Origin: Octopus sinensis
Lineage: Eukaryota
Assembly (NCBI RefSeq): GCF_006345805.1
Contig: NC_043000.1
Location: 109,678,001 to 109,742,000 of the forward strand
Reading direction: 5' to 3'
DNA length: 64,000 nucleotides
Below, one piece after another: positions 12,416 through 24,295 of the stretch. Both the position numbers and the translations under genes were made by a program. Position 1 is the first letter of the stretch; every line of letters starts with the position of its first letter. The notes under the pieces were generated by a model, which was given only the letters and a program-made list of their open reading frames with translations, did no database searches and was not told the DNA's origin.

Positions 12416-13088
12416 TTACATGGAAAAATGCAAGCAAGAGAGATAATATTCTTAAGATTATAAACCTGGAAAAGTAGAGAACAAGTTATTACACTTGGAA
12501 AAGTTCAGACAAATTATTACTTCTGGTAAAGTACAGAACAAGAACATTTTTACTTAAAATATTTCAGCTAAGGATAAAATTTGAATATTAAAAATTATTT
12601 GATTGTAATTTACAAAGAAACATTATAATTAAAAAAAAAAGGCACCATCATTTTGTTAAAATATTGACATACTAGAATACTTAAAAAATGATATAGCTAC
12701 AGTACTAATTATGTACTACTATTATTTTTTATAACCTATTTTCAAATTTTTAATTATTAATTAATAATTAAAAAAATTTTTTTTTTAAAGTGCAAAAAAT
12801 ATTTTGAATTATTTTTGATTTTTAATAGAAGTAACAAGTAATAACAAATAGAAGTGATGACTTGTAATAAAATTTTTAGTTTTAATAAAAGCTAATATTT
12901 TCTAATTCTAAATATTTTATTTGAAATTTTATCCTTAGCTGCAATATTTTAAGTAACAATTTTCTTGTTCTGTACTTTACAAGATGTAATAAGTTGTCTT
13001 GAACTTTTCCAAGTGTAATAACTTGTCCTGTAATTTTCCAGGTTTATAATCTTAACAATATTATTTCTCTTGCTCGCATTTTTCCATG

Positions 13089-13093
<5 letters not shown>
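12416..13093. mobile_element. Foldback/MITE-like element with ~190-bp imperfect TIRs made of ~30-bp subrepeats
   Basis: 12416-12600 is the reverse complement of about 12905-13093; extremely AT-rich core. Confidence 0.7.
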
Positions 13094-13124
<31 letters not shown>

Positions 13125-13125
<1 letters not shown>

Positions 13126-13490
13126 ATCATCTTTTAATGTCTGTTTTCCATGCTGGCATGGATCGTATGGTTTGACCAGAGCTGGCAAGCCAGAAGACTG
13201 CACCAGGTTCCAGTCTGTTTTGGCTTGGTTTCTGCCCTTCCTAGCACCAACCCCTTTTCAGTGTGTGCTGGGTGCTTATTTCACTGGCAAAGGACTCTTA
13301 CAAATCAATCTTCTTCACTTGTGGAAGACTAGTCTTCTTGAGTACAACAAGGTGCCAAGTACCTTGGTCCTTTGTCATCTTCTCATGAAAGCTTCAGCAT
13401 CCTGAGGTCATCTTTCAGTGCCTTATCCCATTTCTTCCTGGGTCTTCCTCTTTCATGAGTTCCATCCACTTTGAGAGATCGGCACTTCTT
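13125..13490 (-). mobile_element. RTE 3' fragment
   Basis: Tail catcatc..ttaa.gtc.g.tttccatgctggcatgg plus decayed RT C-terminus. Confidence 0.7.
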
Positions 13491-15119
13491 TATATAGATG
13501 TGTGTGGGCGTCTACATTTGTGCCCCCCCCACTTGACAACTGGTGTTGGTTTGTTTACATCCCTGTAACTTAACAGTGGGAGACCAATACCAGGCCCTAA
13601 AAAAAAAAGTAAGTACTGGGGGTCAGTCCATTTGACTAAAAATTCCTGAAGGCATCACCCTAGAATGGCTGTAGTCTAGTGACTGAGACAAGTAAACGAT
13701 AAAAGATACACACATTACTTTAGGGTTTCAAACTTGTGTGAATAGCAATGAAGCATAACAAAATACTTCATGTTAACTAGACTGGAACGATATATAGACA
13801 GTAAATGAATACCTGTTGGTATTTGAATAGTACATATTTAATTACCCAATTAACCAGACTTTCTGTTCACTGAATTACTATAAAAAGTGGTTGAATATTC
13901 CAGAGTGTACCCTCCTTAACCCTCTAGAATTCCTATTGCTTTGTCAAATGTAATGAATATTTATTCACCTTGTTTGGAATTAATCCTGTCTCACGGCTTT
14001 CAGAGTTCAATGATGGGATTGCTTTAATCTTGGGGTGACATTGTAGGATAGGTGTGAGAGGATGGATGTGGCTGGTTTCAACATAAGACAGAATATTTGA
14101 GCTGGGTATGGACAGTTGAAATGTTGAAGGGTTGACACGATCCTCAAGCGCCATCAGTGGGACAAGGCTGTACCTTTTGAGTTATTGACTGGGCTTCACA
14201 CAGTTTCTGTCTCTCCAGTTCAACACACAAGATGTCAAACAAACGTATGCATATATGTGCAGTTCAGGCATTCATTTCACAACCATGTGGTTTCAGGTTC
14301 AGTCCCACCATACAGCATTTTGGGGAAAATGTCATCTACTACACAATCCCAGGTTGGCCAAAGCCTTGTGATTAAATTTGGTTTATGGAAGCTGAAAAGA
14401 AGACCATCGTATGTGATACCATCATCATTTAGCATGCATTTTCCATGCTGGCATGGGTTGGATGGTTTGACCAGAGCTGGCAAGCTGGAGAACTGCACCA
14501 GTTTCTAGTCTAATTTGGCATAGTTTCTATGGCTGGATGCCCTTCCTAATGCCAACCACTTTACTACATGACACAAGCACAGGTTATAATATATATATAT
14601 ATTTGTGTGTGTCCTTGTCTTAGCATGCTAATATAGTCAATACATTTCACCGTCATACGAATTGTATTGTTTTTTTGTAATCTTCTGTGAAAACATAACA
14701 TTTGTCTCCAGGAAGGACATCTGCCTCTCTGAATCTTGTCTGACCCATTCAAGCATGGAAAAGTGATCATTAAAATAGGGATAATGAGGATTTCGCCATA
14801 ATCATCACTGCTTTAACACATGCATGCACACATGCACATGTGGTGATTTTCTTTCTGTCTATGAAATTCACTTGCAAGGCTTTGGCCATGCTGGTGTTCT
14901 AATTGAAGACACACTTGCCTAAGGTTGCACACAGAGGGACTGAACCCATGACCATGTGGTAGGAAAGCCAAGTTCTGAACCCCCTCACACACACACATGG
15001 GGAGGGGAGTAAAATGAATAATAAAAACAAATCATTGCATCTGTAATTCATGTTAAAAAAAAATTTCACAAATGAAGTAAAAAAAAAAAAGAAAATTGTT
15101 CTGATTTTATTATCATAAT

Positions 15120-15602
15120 GAAGGTGGCAAGCTGGCAGGGTCATTAATTAGCATGCCAGACAATATATGTTTAGGGTGGCAAGCTGGCAAAATCGTTACC
15201 ACTCCGGGCAAAATTCTTAATGCTATTTCATCTGTCTTCATGTTCTGAGTTTGAATTCTGCTGGGGTTGACTTTGATTTCAGCCTTTTGAGGTCAATAAA
15301 ATAAGTACCAGTTGCTTACTGGAGTTCATGTAATTGAAATTACTGGACTTGTGCCAAAATTTGAAATCATTATTATTATTATTATTATTATTAAGGTGGT
15401 GAGCTGGCAGAGTTGTTAGCATGCCATGCAAATTGCTTAGAAGTATTTCGTCTGTCTTCAAATCTGAGTTCAAATTCCGCCAAGGTCGACTTTGCCTTTC
15501 AACCTTTCAGGGTCGATAAATTAAGTACCAGTTGAACACTGGGATCGATGTAATTGACTCATCCACAACTTCCCCAAGCTGCCCCTGTGGCAAAAATTTG
15601 AA

Positions 15603-15637
<35 letters not shown>

Positions 15638-16020
15638 GGCAGTGAGCGGGCTGAATTATTAGCATGTCAGACAAAATGCTTAACAGCATTCGTTCTGGCT
15701 TTGTCTTCTGAGTTCAAATTCTACTGATACCAAATTTGTTTTTCATCCTTTCAGGGTCGTTGCCCCGTTGTGCCTATTGCAGAAAGAATTATTATTGTTA
15801 TGATGCTTTCTCCGTAGCCTCTTCTTGTAATGTACCCTTATCCAGCATTTAATAATAATTGTGGTTAAAGCGTTGGGAAGAATGTTTTCCAGGTTTTTAT
15901 GTTTTAAGTTCAATCCCTCCAGAATCAACTTCATCTTTCTCCTCAAGGGTCCTTAAGTTCAAATCCCACTGGTGTCGCCTTTGTATCACATCATTGTGGG
16001 GTTAATAAAATATATACTAA
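15120..16020 (+). mobile_element. Head-to-tail stack of 4-5 second-family SINE copies separated by (ATT)n
   Basis: Repeated aaggtgg..agctggca heads at about 15120, 15175, 15393, 15637, some following (TTA)n runs. Confidence 0.75.
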
Positions 16021-16489
16021 TAGTAGTGTATTATTATTATTATTATTATTATTTCTTTTTCATATATTGTTGGTCAGTGTAATTCAGTAAGCTCTTCCCA
16101 CCGAAATGGCTGGCCTTGTGCTTGAATCTTCATCATCATCATCATTTAACATCTGTAAGCAATAGGATCACATGTGGTCATATCGTGTAGGAAATACGAT
16201 CGCACGTGGTTCTACTCTTAACGAATTATTACAAGCCATAAATACATGCAGTAACAATAGAACATAAGTGAATTGACAACAAGTCTTGCTGTTGAGATAT
16301 AAATATTGGCAGGACAATCAGGGTGAATGCGGCTGGCAGAGAAGGTACATGATGGTGGCGACGGGGAAGATAGTAGGCTTTCTATGATTGTGTACATTAG
16401 CGTAGCCAGTAGTAGCCGGAACAATCGTATATCGCTTGGCTGAGTAACGCTGTGGCCTAAAGTTAGTTCTTAGAAGAACTGGAACTAAA

Positions 16490-16760
16490 AGACGAAAAGT
16501 GTCTGAAAACACTCCTTTATATACCGGTTGGTTGGCTCAAACGAGCCTCAAAAACCAAAGGCCATGATTGGTTATTTCAGGACAGTGGCGCGAAATAAGT
16601 AGAGACAAATCGCGTCACGTGTCAACCAATCAGGTTAGTGTTTACAACAGGAACTAGTTGGCCAAAGATGGCTGTAACCTCAAACGAGATCATTTCTTGC
16701 CTTGCCTTTCAACAGTGACGATATTAGAAATCGCTATAGTCATATTTCAAAATGGCTGAA
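16490..16760. promoter_or_regulatory. Putative bidirectional Pol II promoter
   Basis: Minus TATATAAAG 16515-16523; ATTGG 16567 and CCAAT 16626 (both AACCAATCA); E2F-type TGGCGCGAAA 16586; GTCACGTG 16614; TGTTTAC ~16639; AAGATGGC 16665; locally CpG-rich unique DNA. Confidence 0.6.
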
Positions 16761-18872
16761 ACTGCCATGCTACACATCCATTTTCTAAGCTTGTATGGAA
16801 AATGGTTCCACAGGAGCTGGTGAGGCAGAGGATTGCGCCAAAACCTACCCTCTGCTTTTACATAGATTCTACGACTGGATGCCCTTCCTAGTGCCAACCA
16901 CTTAACAGAATGTACTGGATGCTTTTTATTTGGCACCGGCTGCAGTGAGGTCAGCAAGTAACTTGCTGGACAAAACCCCTCAATTGGTGGTGGGGGTGAA
17001 TATTGAGGGGGGTGACTTTATGCCAGGTGATGAGAGGTTGGAGTATGATGAGGGGGACAGAAACGGGTTCGATGCAGTAGAAAAGATGTATGGCTGCCCA
17101 GTGGGAGAGAGAGAGAGAGGGAGAGAGAGACAGAGATGGTGATGAAGATGTGTTGGGGCATACTTGAGGTGAATATAAGTGATGCTGTGGACAGGGTGAA
17201 TGGGTGGGTAAGTTTGCATGAGTAGGAGATAATATTAGTCAAATACTGGGGTGGATATAGTAAATGACAAGACCTTTCTCCTCAAGGCTGTTAGCCTTGT
17301 ATCTAAATATGAAACCATTATCATAATTCTCTCATTCCCATCATCCATTCTCCTTGTTAGTTCTTTCTCATCATTAGAGTAAGAGCCTCGTCATATAAAA
17401 GATTAAAATTACATTATCAGTTTGTGTCTCAGCAGCTCGACTTACCAAAGCATTAATCTTCATCTCCTTGGTGTAACCTCTCATTGATTTTGTACCCTAT
17501 TGTATGATGTGTGTGAGATTATTTATTATTAGGAGAGATATTTAATCCTGAGCAGAAGACAGGATTTATTTGATGTAATCTTGTCACCTATTACACAGGA
17601 TTAGAGTCACTAATAACACAGTATCGATCTTCTTGTTGAGGCGTTGATGAATTTTTCTTGCTTGTCGGTAATTTTGTGAAGCATCCTTTGCATGAAGCAG
17701 TCTCCAAACAAGATTTATAATACAAACCCAACAAATGAAAAAGACTTATTTGATATAAAACCATGTCTTCTGTGGGGTAGCAGAAATGAGTGAGAGGGTA
17801 CAAGGGTACTTTATGGAAGCAACTGAGACAGACTATATACGTGGTACTGTATTTGGTTTATTTCTGTCCTCTAGTTCAAATCCCACTGTAGTCTCCTTTG
17901 TATTACATTGTTGTGATATTGATAAAATATATATACCACTGTTAATCACATGATCAGCCAGACTACCAGATGTTGTAATATATCACTGGTCATGATTTAG
18001 CTTTTAAATGATGCCACGCCACTGGTTGCTATGCATTCCCCATTGATCAGAAAACTATTCCATTACAGAGTGACCCAGTTACAGCTGAGTGGACTGGAGC
18101 AATGTGAAATGAAGTGTTTCGCTCAAGAACAGAGCTGGTCTAGGAATCAAAACTACAATCTCATGATTGTAACTGTAACACACATCACTATTAGGCCATA
18201 CACCTTTACACACACACCACGAGTAGGGTGTCTGTTGTTTTGTGATAGTTCTTCTTCTTCTCACTCTCATAATTCTCAGAGCCGTTGATTGCCTTATATT
18301 CAGTTTGGCCACTTCGTGTTCTGCATTCAAAAGCTGCCGGCTTTTCTGTGTCTTTCATCTTACCAGGGTTAATAAATTGACCAGAGGCAGAGATCATCAT
18401 CATCACCCTCATCATTATTTAATGTCCATGTTCCATGCTGGTATGGGTTTTATGGTTTGACAGGATGCAATATGTCTAAGGGCTGCCTCATACTACAGTG
18501 CCTGTTTTGGTAAGGCTTGTATGGCTGAATATCCCTCCTAAAAACAACCACTTTACAGCATAGTTAATTTTAATAAATCAAGAATTTATGTTGTATGGTA
18601 TTTGTCTCTGATATTCAAATACCTGCCACTGGCCCCTCTGAGTTATTTCTTTCTCTTCATCTTTGTTTATATTATCAACCCCAGTTTGATATAACTGATT
18701 ACATTCTACCCCTAAAAGTCTGGCTTTTGTTTTTGTCTTTTATCATTTCTTAATATTTCCTATTGCAGACTTTCTACATTCAGCAACTCCTCTTCATTTA
18801 CCCTGGTATTATTTTCTTTAATGGTTTAGTTCAGTAGTTCTGAGCTATTTCACTACTAAGGACCCCTCTTAA

Positions 18873-19092
18873 CCCTTTCGATACCAACCCGGCTGAAACC
18901 ACCTTTGGCTCTGTGTACAAATGTCTTGTTTTCAAAAGTTCTGAATTAAAATGTTCCATCAGACCTTAGTCACAAATTATGTTCCTAACACTAGCTTAAT
19001 AATAACTAAGTTTTTTTACTAAATTCTTTGTTATATTTAAAGTAATTGAAAGAAACACAGACCATCTCAAAATAAATACGGTAATGAAAGGG
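18873..19092. mobile_element. piggyBac-type MITE
   Basis: TTAA on both sides (18869-72, 19093-96); TIR CCCTTTCGATACC / CCCTTTCATTACC. Confidence 0.85.
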
Positions 19093-19314
19093 TTAAATGA
19101 ATTTTTCCACAAACCCTTTGTAAAAGATCTGCCTACTCAACAAATTTCGAACTCAACTCACAGGCCTTCTAATACTCTCTTAGGGAGTCTGTAGATTTCG
19201 TCTGTCAAGAACTGTTGGCTTAGTCACAGAAAGAAGGATAACAGCCATGCTCTTTTCAGTTGGAAGAAGACAGTTCAATAAGTGCCAGACTTTAAAAAAA
19301 TAAGTAATGGGGTT

Positions 19315-19600
19315 CATTATTTACATTTGACCGACATTTGTCCTCATCTTGTTTGTTAACAAGAGATATACCCTCCAACCTTTATCAAGTGGGGAAATTT
19401 TGAACCTGGGTTCTCATTCCTAAGATATTTTTCGATGTTATTATTATTATAATTCAGGTCACTGCCTGGAATCGAACTCGGAATCTTGGGATTAGTAGCC
19501 CGTGTTCTTAACCACTATGATGAAGGCTGGAGGGTATATCAGCTGAAACGTGTTAATAACAAACAAGATGAGGACAAATATCCGTCAAATGTAAATAATG
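19315..19600. mobile_element. Inverted-arm element with internal tRNA-like Pol III head and degenerate hammerhead
   Basis: Arms 19315-19387 and 19519-19600; minus-strand A box TAGTGGTTAAG and B box GAGTTCGATTCC at 19453-19518. Confidence 0.7.
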
Positions 19601-19869
19601 TACATAATTCCTTATTTCTTAAATATAGAACTGAAGAAATGGGATTGATTTAAGTAAACCTCGAGGCAGTGCCCCAGCATGGCCAAAGATAGAAGCTAGA
19701 TAAGTGGTTCTATATTTTGTATCCAGAATGAATCTGTGGTTGTCTAAATGAGGTCAGTTGTCAAATAAAATGGTAATTATTGTTTTGAATTTAAGGTAGA
19801 ATGCCAGCAGTTTTGGGAGAAGGGGTTTAGTCAATTAGACCCCCACCCCACCCCCAGTACTTGTCTGCT

Positions 19870-20100
19870 ACTATATATAACTTTTCTACTCTAGGCACAA
19901 ATCCGGAAATTTTGGGGGAGGGGAGCCAGTTGATTTGATCGAACCTAGTACACAACTGGTACATATTTTTATCGACCCTGAAAGGATGAAAGGCAAAGTC
20001 GACCTCAAAGGAATTTGAACTCAGAACGTAATGACAGACGAAATACTGCTAAGCATTTTGCTTGGTGTGCTAACGATTCTGCCAGCTCGCCGACTTAGCT
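19870..20100 (-). mobile_element. Second-family tRNA SINE
   Basis: Reverse complement of the 5470-5725 family. Confidence 0.75.
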
Positions 20101-20144
20101 ATTATATATATTGTTAGAATATGTTGGTGGTCATGATTTTATGT

Positions 20145-20237
20145 AAAGTAGGTTAGGGGTCTTATAGTTTGCCAAAAGTAGGTCATGTCATATTTCTTCA
20201 AAAGTAGGTCACTTGTCATTTTGTTGAAAGTAGGTCA
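20145..20237 (+). repeat. Cluster of AAAGTAGGTCA motifs (3 exact, 1 variant), period 26-30 bp
   Basis: Copies at 20145 (variant), 20175, 20201, 20227. Confidence 0.85.
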
Positions 20238-21339
20238 ATAGTTTTATATATTTCGTGCTGGAAGTTGCCCAGTACTTGTATAATATCCTTCGAAACTTAG
20301 TCCTTGTAGTTAAATCTTTTGTGTAAATAATTGGTCTATAGTTATATATATATATTTTACAAAAGTAGGGCAACAGCCCCCTTTGCAACCACAGAGTTCA
20401 AGGTTCAGTCCCACTGTGTGGCATCTTGTGCAAGTATCTTCTACTATAGCCTGAAACTGACCAAAGTTTTGTGAGTGGGTTTGATCGATGGAAACTGTGT
20501 GGAAGCCTCTGTGTGTATGTGTGTTTGTCCCACACTCTCCACCACCATTTAACAAGTTGGTTTGCTTATGTCTCTGTAACTTAGCAGTTCAGCCAAAGAG
20601 ACTGATAGAATAAGTACCAGACTTACAAAAAATAAGTGTTGTGGTCAATTTGTTTGGCTATGCTGGGGCACTGCCTTGAAAGATTTAGTCAGAGGTAGGA
20701 AATGGGTGAGGATTGTGGACAGAGATGGAATCTGACAGGTGAAAATCTGCCTCAACAAATTCCGTCCCATGCAAACGTGGCAAAGGGGACATGAAATGAT
20801 GAAGATGATGATGATGATTAATAAAGTGGATGAGTGGACAAAAAACTTTGTTAATATATTTTTTGTAGAGATTAACAAGATTTGCGCATTTGAAAATCAC
20901 TGATTTATATATTGAATTTGAGTGTTTATAGCCTTTATATATATATATACACTATATACACCATATAAAATGTGTGTGTGTGTGTGTACGTACACACACT
21001 ATAAATCTGTGTACTATTCTGTACTTTTATAGCTTTTCAAGACTGAAGAATGTCACAGTAGTAAAATAAATTATTGCAATTTCATTACCGTTCATTCTAT
21101 ATCTGTAATTAATTGTTATTTCACATGCACAAATAATTTAGCATCTACTTAATGCTCATAAGAGAGAGAGAAAGATTATTTTAAGTTTTCGCCAATTCTC
21201 AAGATGATTGGTTAAAAATACATTTTGTTTATTTTCATAAAAATGAGCTTCCTCGTGTATTTATATATATATAGATCTTAATCACATTTATATTTATCCC
21301 TTTGCCTCTCCAAAGCATTGTCATAAGTTTGCCATAAAT

Positions 21340-21720
21340 CATCATCATCATCATCATTTAACGTCCGTTTTCCATGCTAGCATGGGTTGGACAGTTCAAC
21401 CAAGGTCTGGGAAGCCAGAAGGCTGCACCAGGCTCCAGTCTGGTTTGGCAGTGTTTCTACAGCTGGATGCCCTTCCTAACGCCAACCACTCCGTCAGTGT
21501 AGTGGGTGTTTTTTACATGCCACCGGCACAAGGGCCAGAGGAGGCTGGCAAACGGCCACGATCGGTTGGGACTTTTACGTGTCACTGACACGGACGCCAG
21601 TCAGGCGGCGCTGACATCTGCCACGTTCGGACGGTGCTTTTTACGTGTCACCAGCACAGGTGTCTTAACTACAATGTCCATGCTTATTTTCAGACTTCTA
21701 TTTAGTCTGGTTTCATGCAT
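21340..21720 (-). mobile_element. RTE 3' UTR/tail copy with internal ~60-bp VNTR
   Basis: CpG-rich, with three tttta(c/t)(a/g)tg(c/t)cac units; paralogs at 29040 and 52980. Confidence 0.85.
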
Positions 21721-22064
21721 TGTAAGATAAATCTTTCCCTTCATATATGTCCCAAGTTACTCTGGTGGTTGAAAAAAATATTGGGAATGTGTATCATATA
21801 AAATGCATAGGCATCAGGGAAATATGTCCTGTGTATCACAGGACAGGCAAAAGGTTAATATTTCAATTTTGTGTTTGGTTTGCATCATATGAACTCCTGT
21901 GTTGAAACAGATTTTGCTGTATTTCAGGAGGGTCATTCTGCCAATAATGAACACAGACACTGGTTCTGTTTTATTGATGTGGTCATGAATGACAACAAAA
22001 GGACTTTAACAAAACTAACTGAATGATTTTTTTTTAGGTGTCCTTTCTTCCTGTGTGAGTTCCA

Positions 22065-22157
22065 TTAAGGGCTTGATGTGTTTCTCCGAGTGGAAGGCTT
22101 TTCTTTCTCAGACCTTGTTGCTTTTGAATTGTCATTGATGCTTCCAAAACTTTTTTT
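22065..22157 (-). CDS. Candidate terminal exon KKSFGSINDNSKATRSEKEKPSTRRNTSSP*
   Basis: Acceptor cctctcccccatctag, phase 0 matching exon 26159-26225, minus-strand AATAAA at 21970-21975. Confidence 0.3.
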   Translation of the reverse strand, partial: KKSFGSINDNSKATRSEKEKPSTRRNTSSP

Positions 22158-24134
22158 CTAGATGGGGGAGAGGCTGGCTATATGCAATCCCCTTTTAACT
22201 TCTGGGAAGAAAGTGGTCCTTATTAGTCTGGCTTCTATCCTTTGAGCTGTCTGGCATGGGAAGCCCTACAAAGAATCTGTGCTTCACTGGCATAGCTCTC
22301 AGGGTCATTGAGCCACAACAAGAACTGGACCTTGTGATGGACTTAACCATTATGATTCTATCATAATCCTTTGCATTGTTTGGGCAACATTGGCAGATTT
22401 GTCCCCTGCAGCTACAGTGCAAGAGAGATACACTTGAGTGGTTTCTCATTTCTTCATCTTGAACCATGGCAGGATTAGAATTAATGCAGGCTGACAAAGT
22501 ATCATCTCCATCATCATCTTTCAACATCCATTTTCCATCCTGGCATGGCTTGGACAGTTTGAGCTGGAACGCCAAAGGACTGCACCAAACTCAAACATCT
22601 GCTTTGGCCGCTTCCTATGGCTCACTGTCCTTTCTAATGCCAATCACTTTACAGAGTGTATTGAGTGCTTTGTGAGATAAAAGAGGTGCAAAAATATTAA
22701 TGACTTTGATTAAATCCATCTTTGTCAGTTTACATTCACTTTTCTATACTGACATGGTTGGATGGGCAGGACATCTGGGGCAGTGATGCTCTTCTTATCC
22801 CCAATCTTTTAGTTGTCTCTTACTACGTGCAGGATGTGGTGTATCTACACATCATAATGAACTCCAAACTAAATGTCTCAAATACATTGTTTTGTCCTGT
22901 TCTAGTTTCAAATCCTTCTGTAGTCAAATTAATCAGTTATCTTTCTAGGTTCCATAAACTAGATACCAGTAATATATTGAAGGCTGATTCAGTACATTAT
23001 ACTTCTTCTCTGTTAATCTGTCCTTGTGGCAGTCTCATTTCCTTGATATGTCACCAAACATGTAAACTTCACCTCTTTATACTACCTGCTTACAATTAAT
23101 GGATCAGGCCATTGTGTGCTAAATATATTAGCCACAAACAACAGCCGAGCACCTGTTTCTGCTGGACTCAACCATTAGGTTTTTCTTCTATTGTTTATTG
23201 TTAGACTGGCACCATAACAACTTTGTCAGATGAAACCCTTCATATAATTGAGATTCTTACAATTTCACTGTCTCCTTTTTCTAATGAGTTGAAATAATAA
23301 GAAAAAGTAACTAAAAAAAAAAAAAACGAATAAATTGGAGCTGTTTTATTATTGTTATTATTATTATTATTGTTGTTGTTGTTGTTATTTCAGTGTTTGT
23401 AACCTTAATTATCAAGTGGTTTTGTTGTTGTTGTATTGCCAACTCAAGTGTTTATCACCATAATTATATATTTTTAGCCTTGTAAAGTTTGTGTGAAGAG
23501 TGAAGTTACATAACAAAGACGGAAAGAATCATTCAAAATAATAAACAAGTTTAATTTTAGAATCTTTAACAAGCACCGCATTTCATGGCATAAAAGACGT
23601 TCAGGCATCTTAAATGCACCTCAATTTTCAGCAGAGCATATTCAGAAAAGAAAGAAAGAAAGAAAAAAAAAAGCTTTTAGTGTATTAAGACTTTAACATT
23701 TGGATTATTCTATTTATTCGCATTGTGTTGAATTAATTATGCATTGTCTCATGGCTTTGAGATTTCTATAATGTGACTTGTTTACTTGTAGAATGGCAGT
23801 GTAGGGTTAGTGTGAAAGGCCAGATATGGCTGGTTTGAATGCTGAAGGGTTGAAACATGTAATGTTTAAAGCAACTTTATCATCGGCATGTTGGACAAAA
23901 TGCTTAGCAATATCTCTTCTGACACATTAGATTTTGAGTTCAAATTCAGCTGAAGTCAACTTTGCTTTTCATCTTTTGAGGGTTGATAAGGTACCAGTCA
24001 AATGCTAGGATCATTGTCCCTTCCCTTCCCTCGAAATTGCTGGTCTTGTGCAAAAATTAGAATGTTTAAAGCAACTTCACATTTAGGACCTTGGATGATC
24101 ATTTGAGGCATTGTTTTAGGAAAAAATGTACGTC

Positions 24135-24295
24135 TTATTGCAGCATGGAAGGTGTTTATAAGCCATTTAAGAAACACACAAAAACCGTTAGATTCACTTC
24201 AACATTTAAATTTAATTTGTCAAAATAGTTTCGTCGCTTTCAGACCGTGACCTGTTCACTGACAAAATGGCTTATAAACACCTTCCACGCTGCAA
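24135..24295. repeat. ~31-bp inverted repeat flanking a hammerhead-shaped motif with a non-canonical core
   Basis: attgcagcatggaaggtgtttataagccatt vs aatggcttataaacaccttccacgctgcaat. Confidence 0.7.

Noticed and set aside
13933-14170. Minus ORF MALEDRVNPSTF...IPNK with GTGAAT donor as exon 2 of the 16.5-kb promoter
   Set aside because: No usable acceptor upstream; abuts a SINE fragment.
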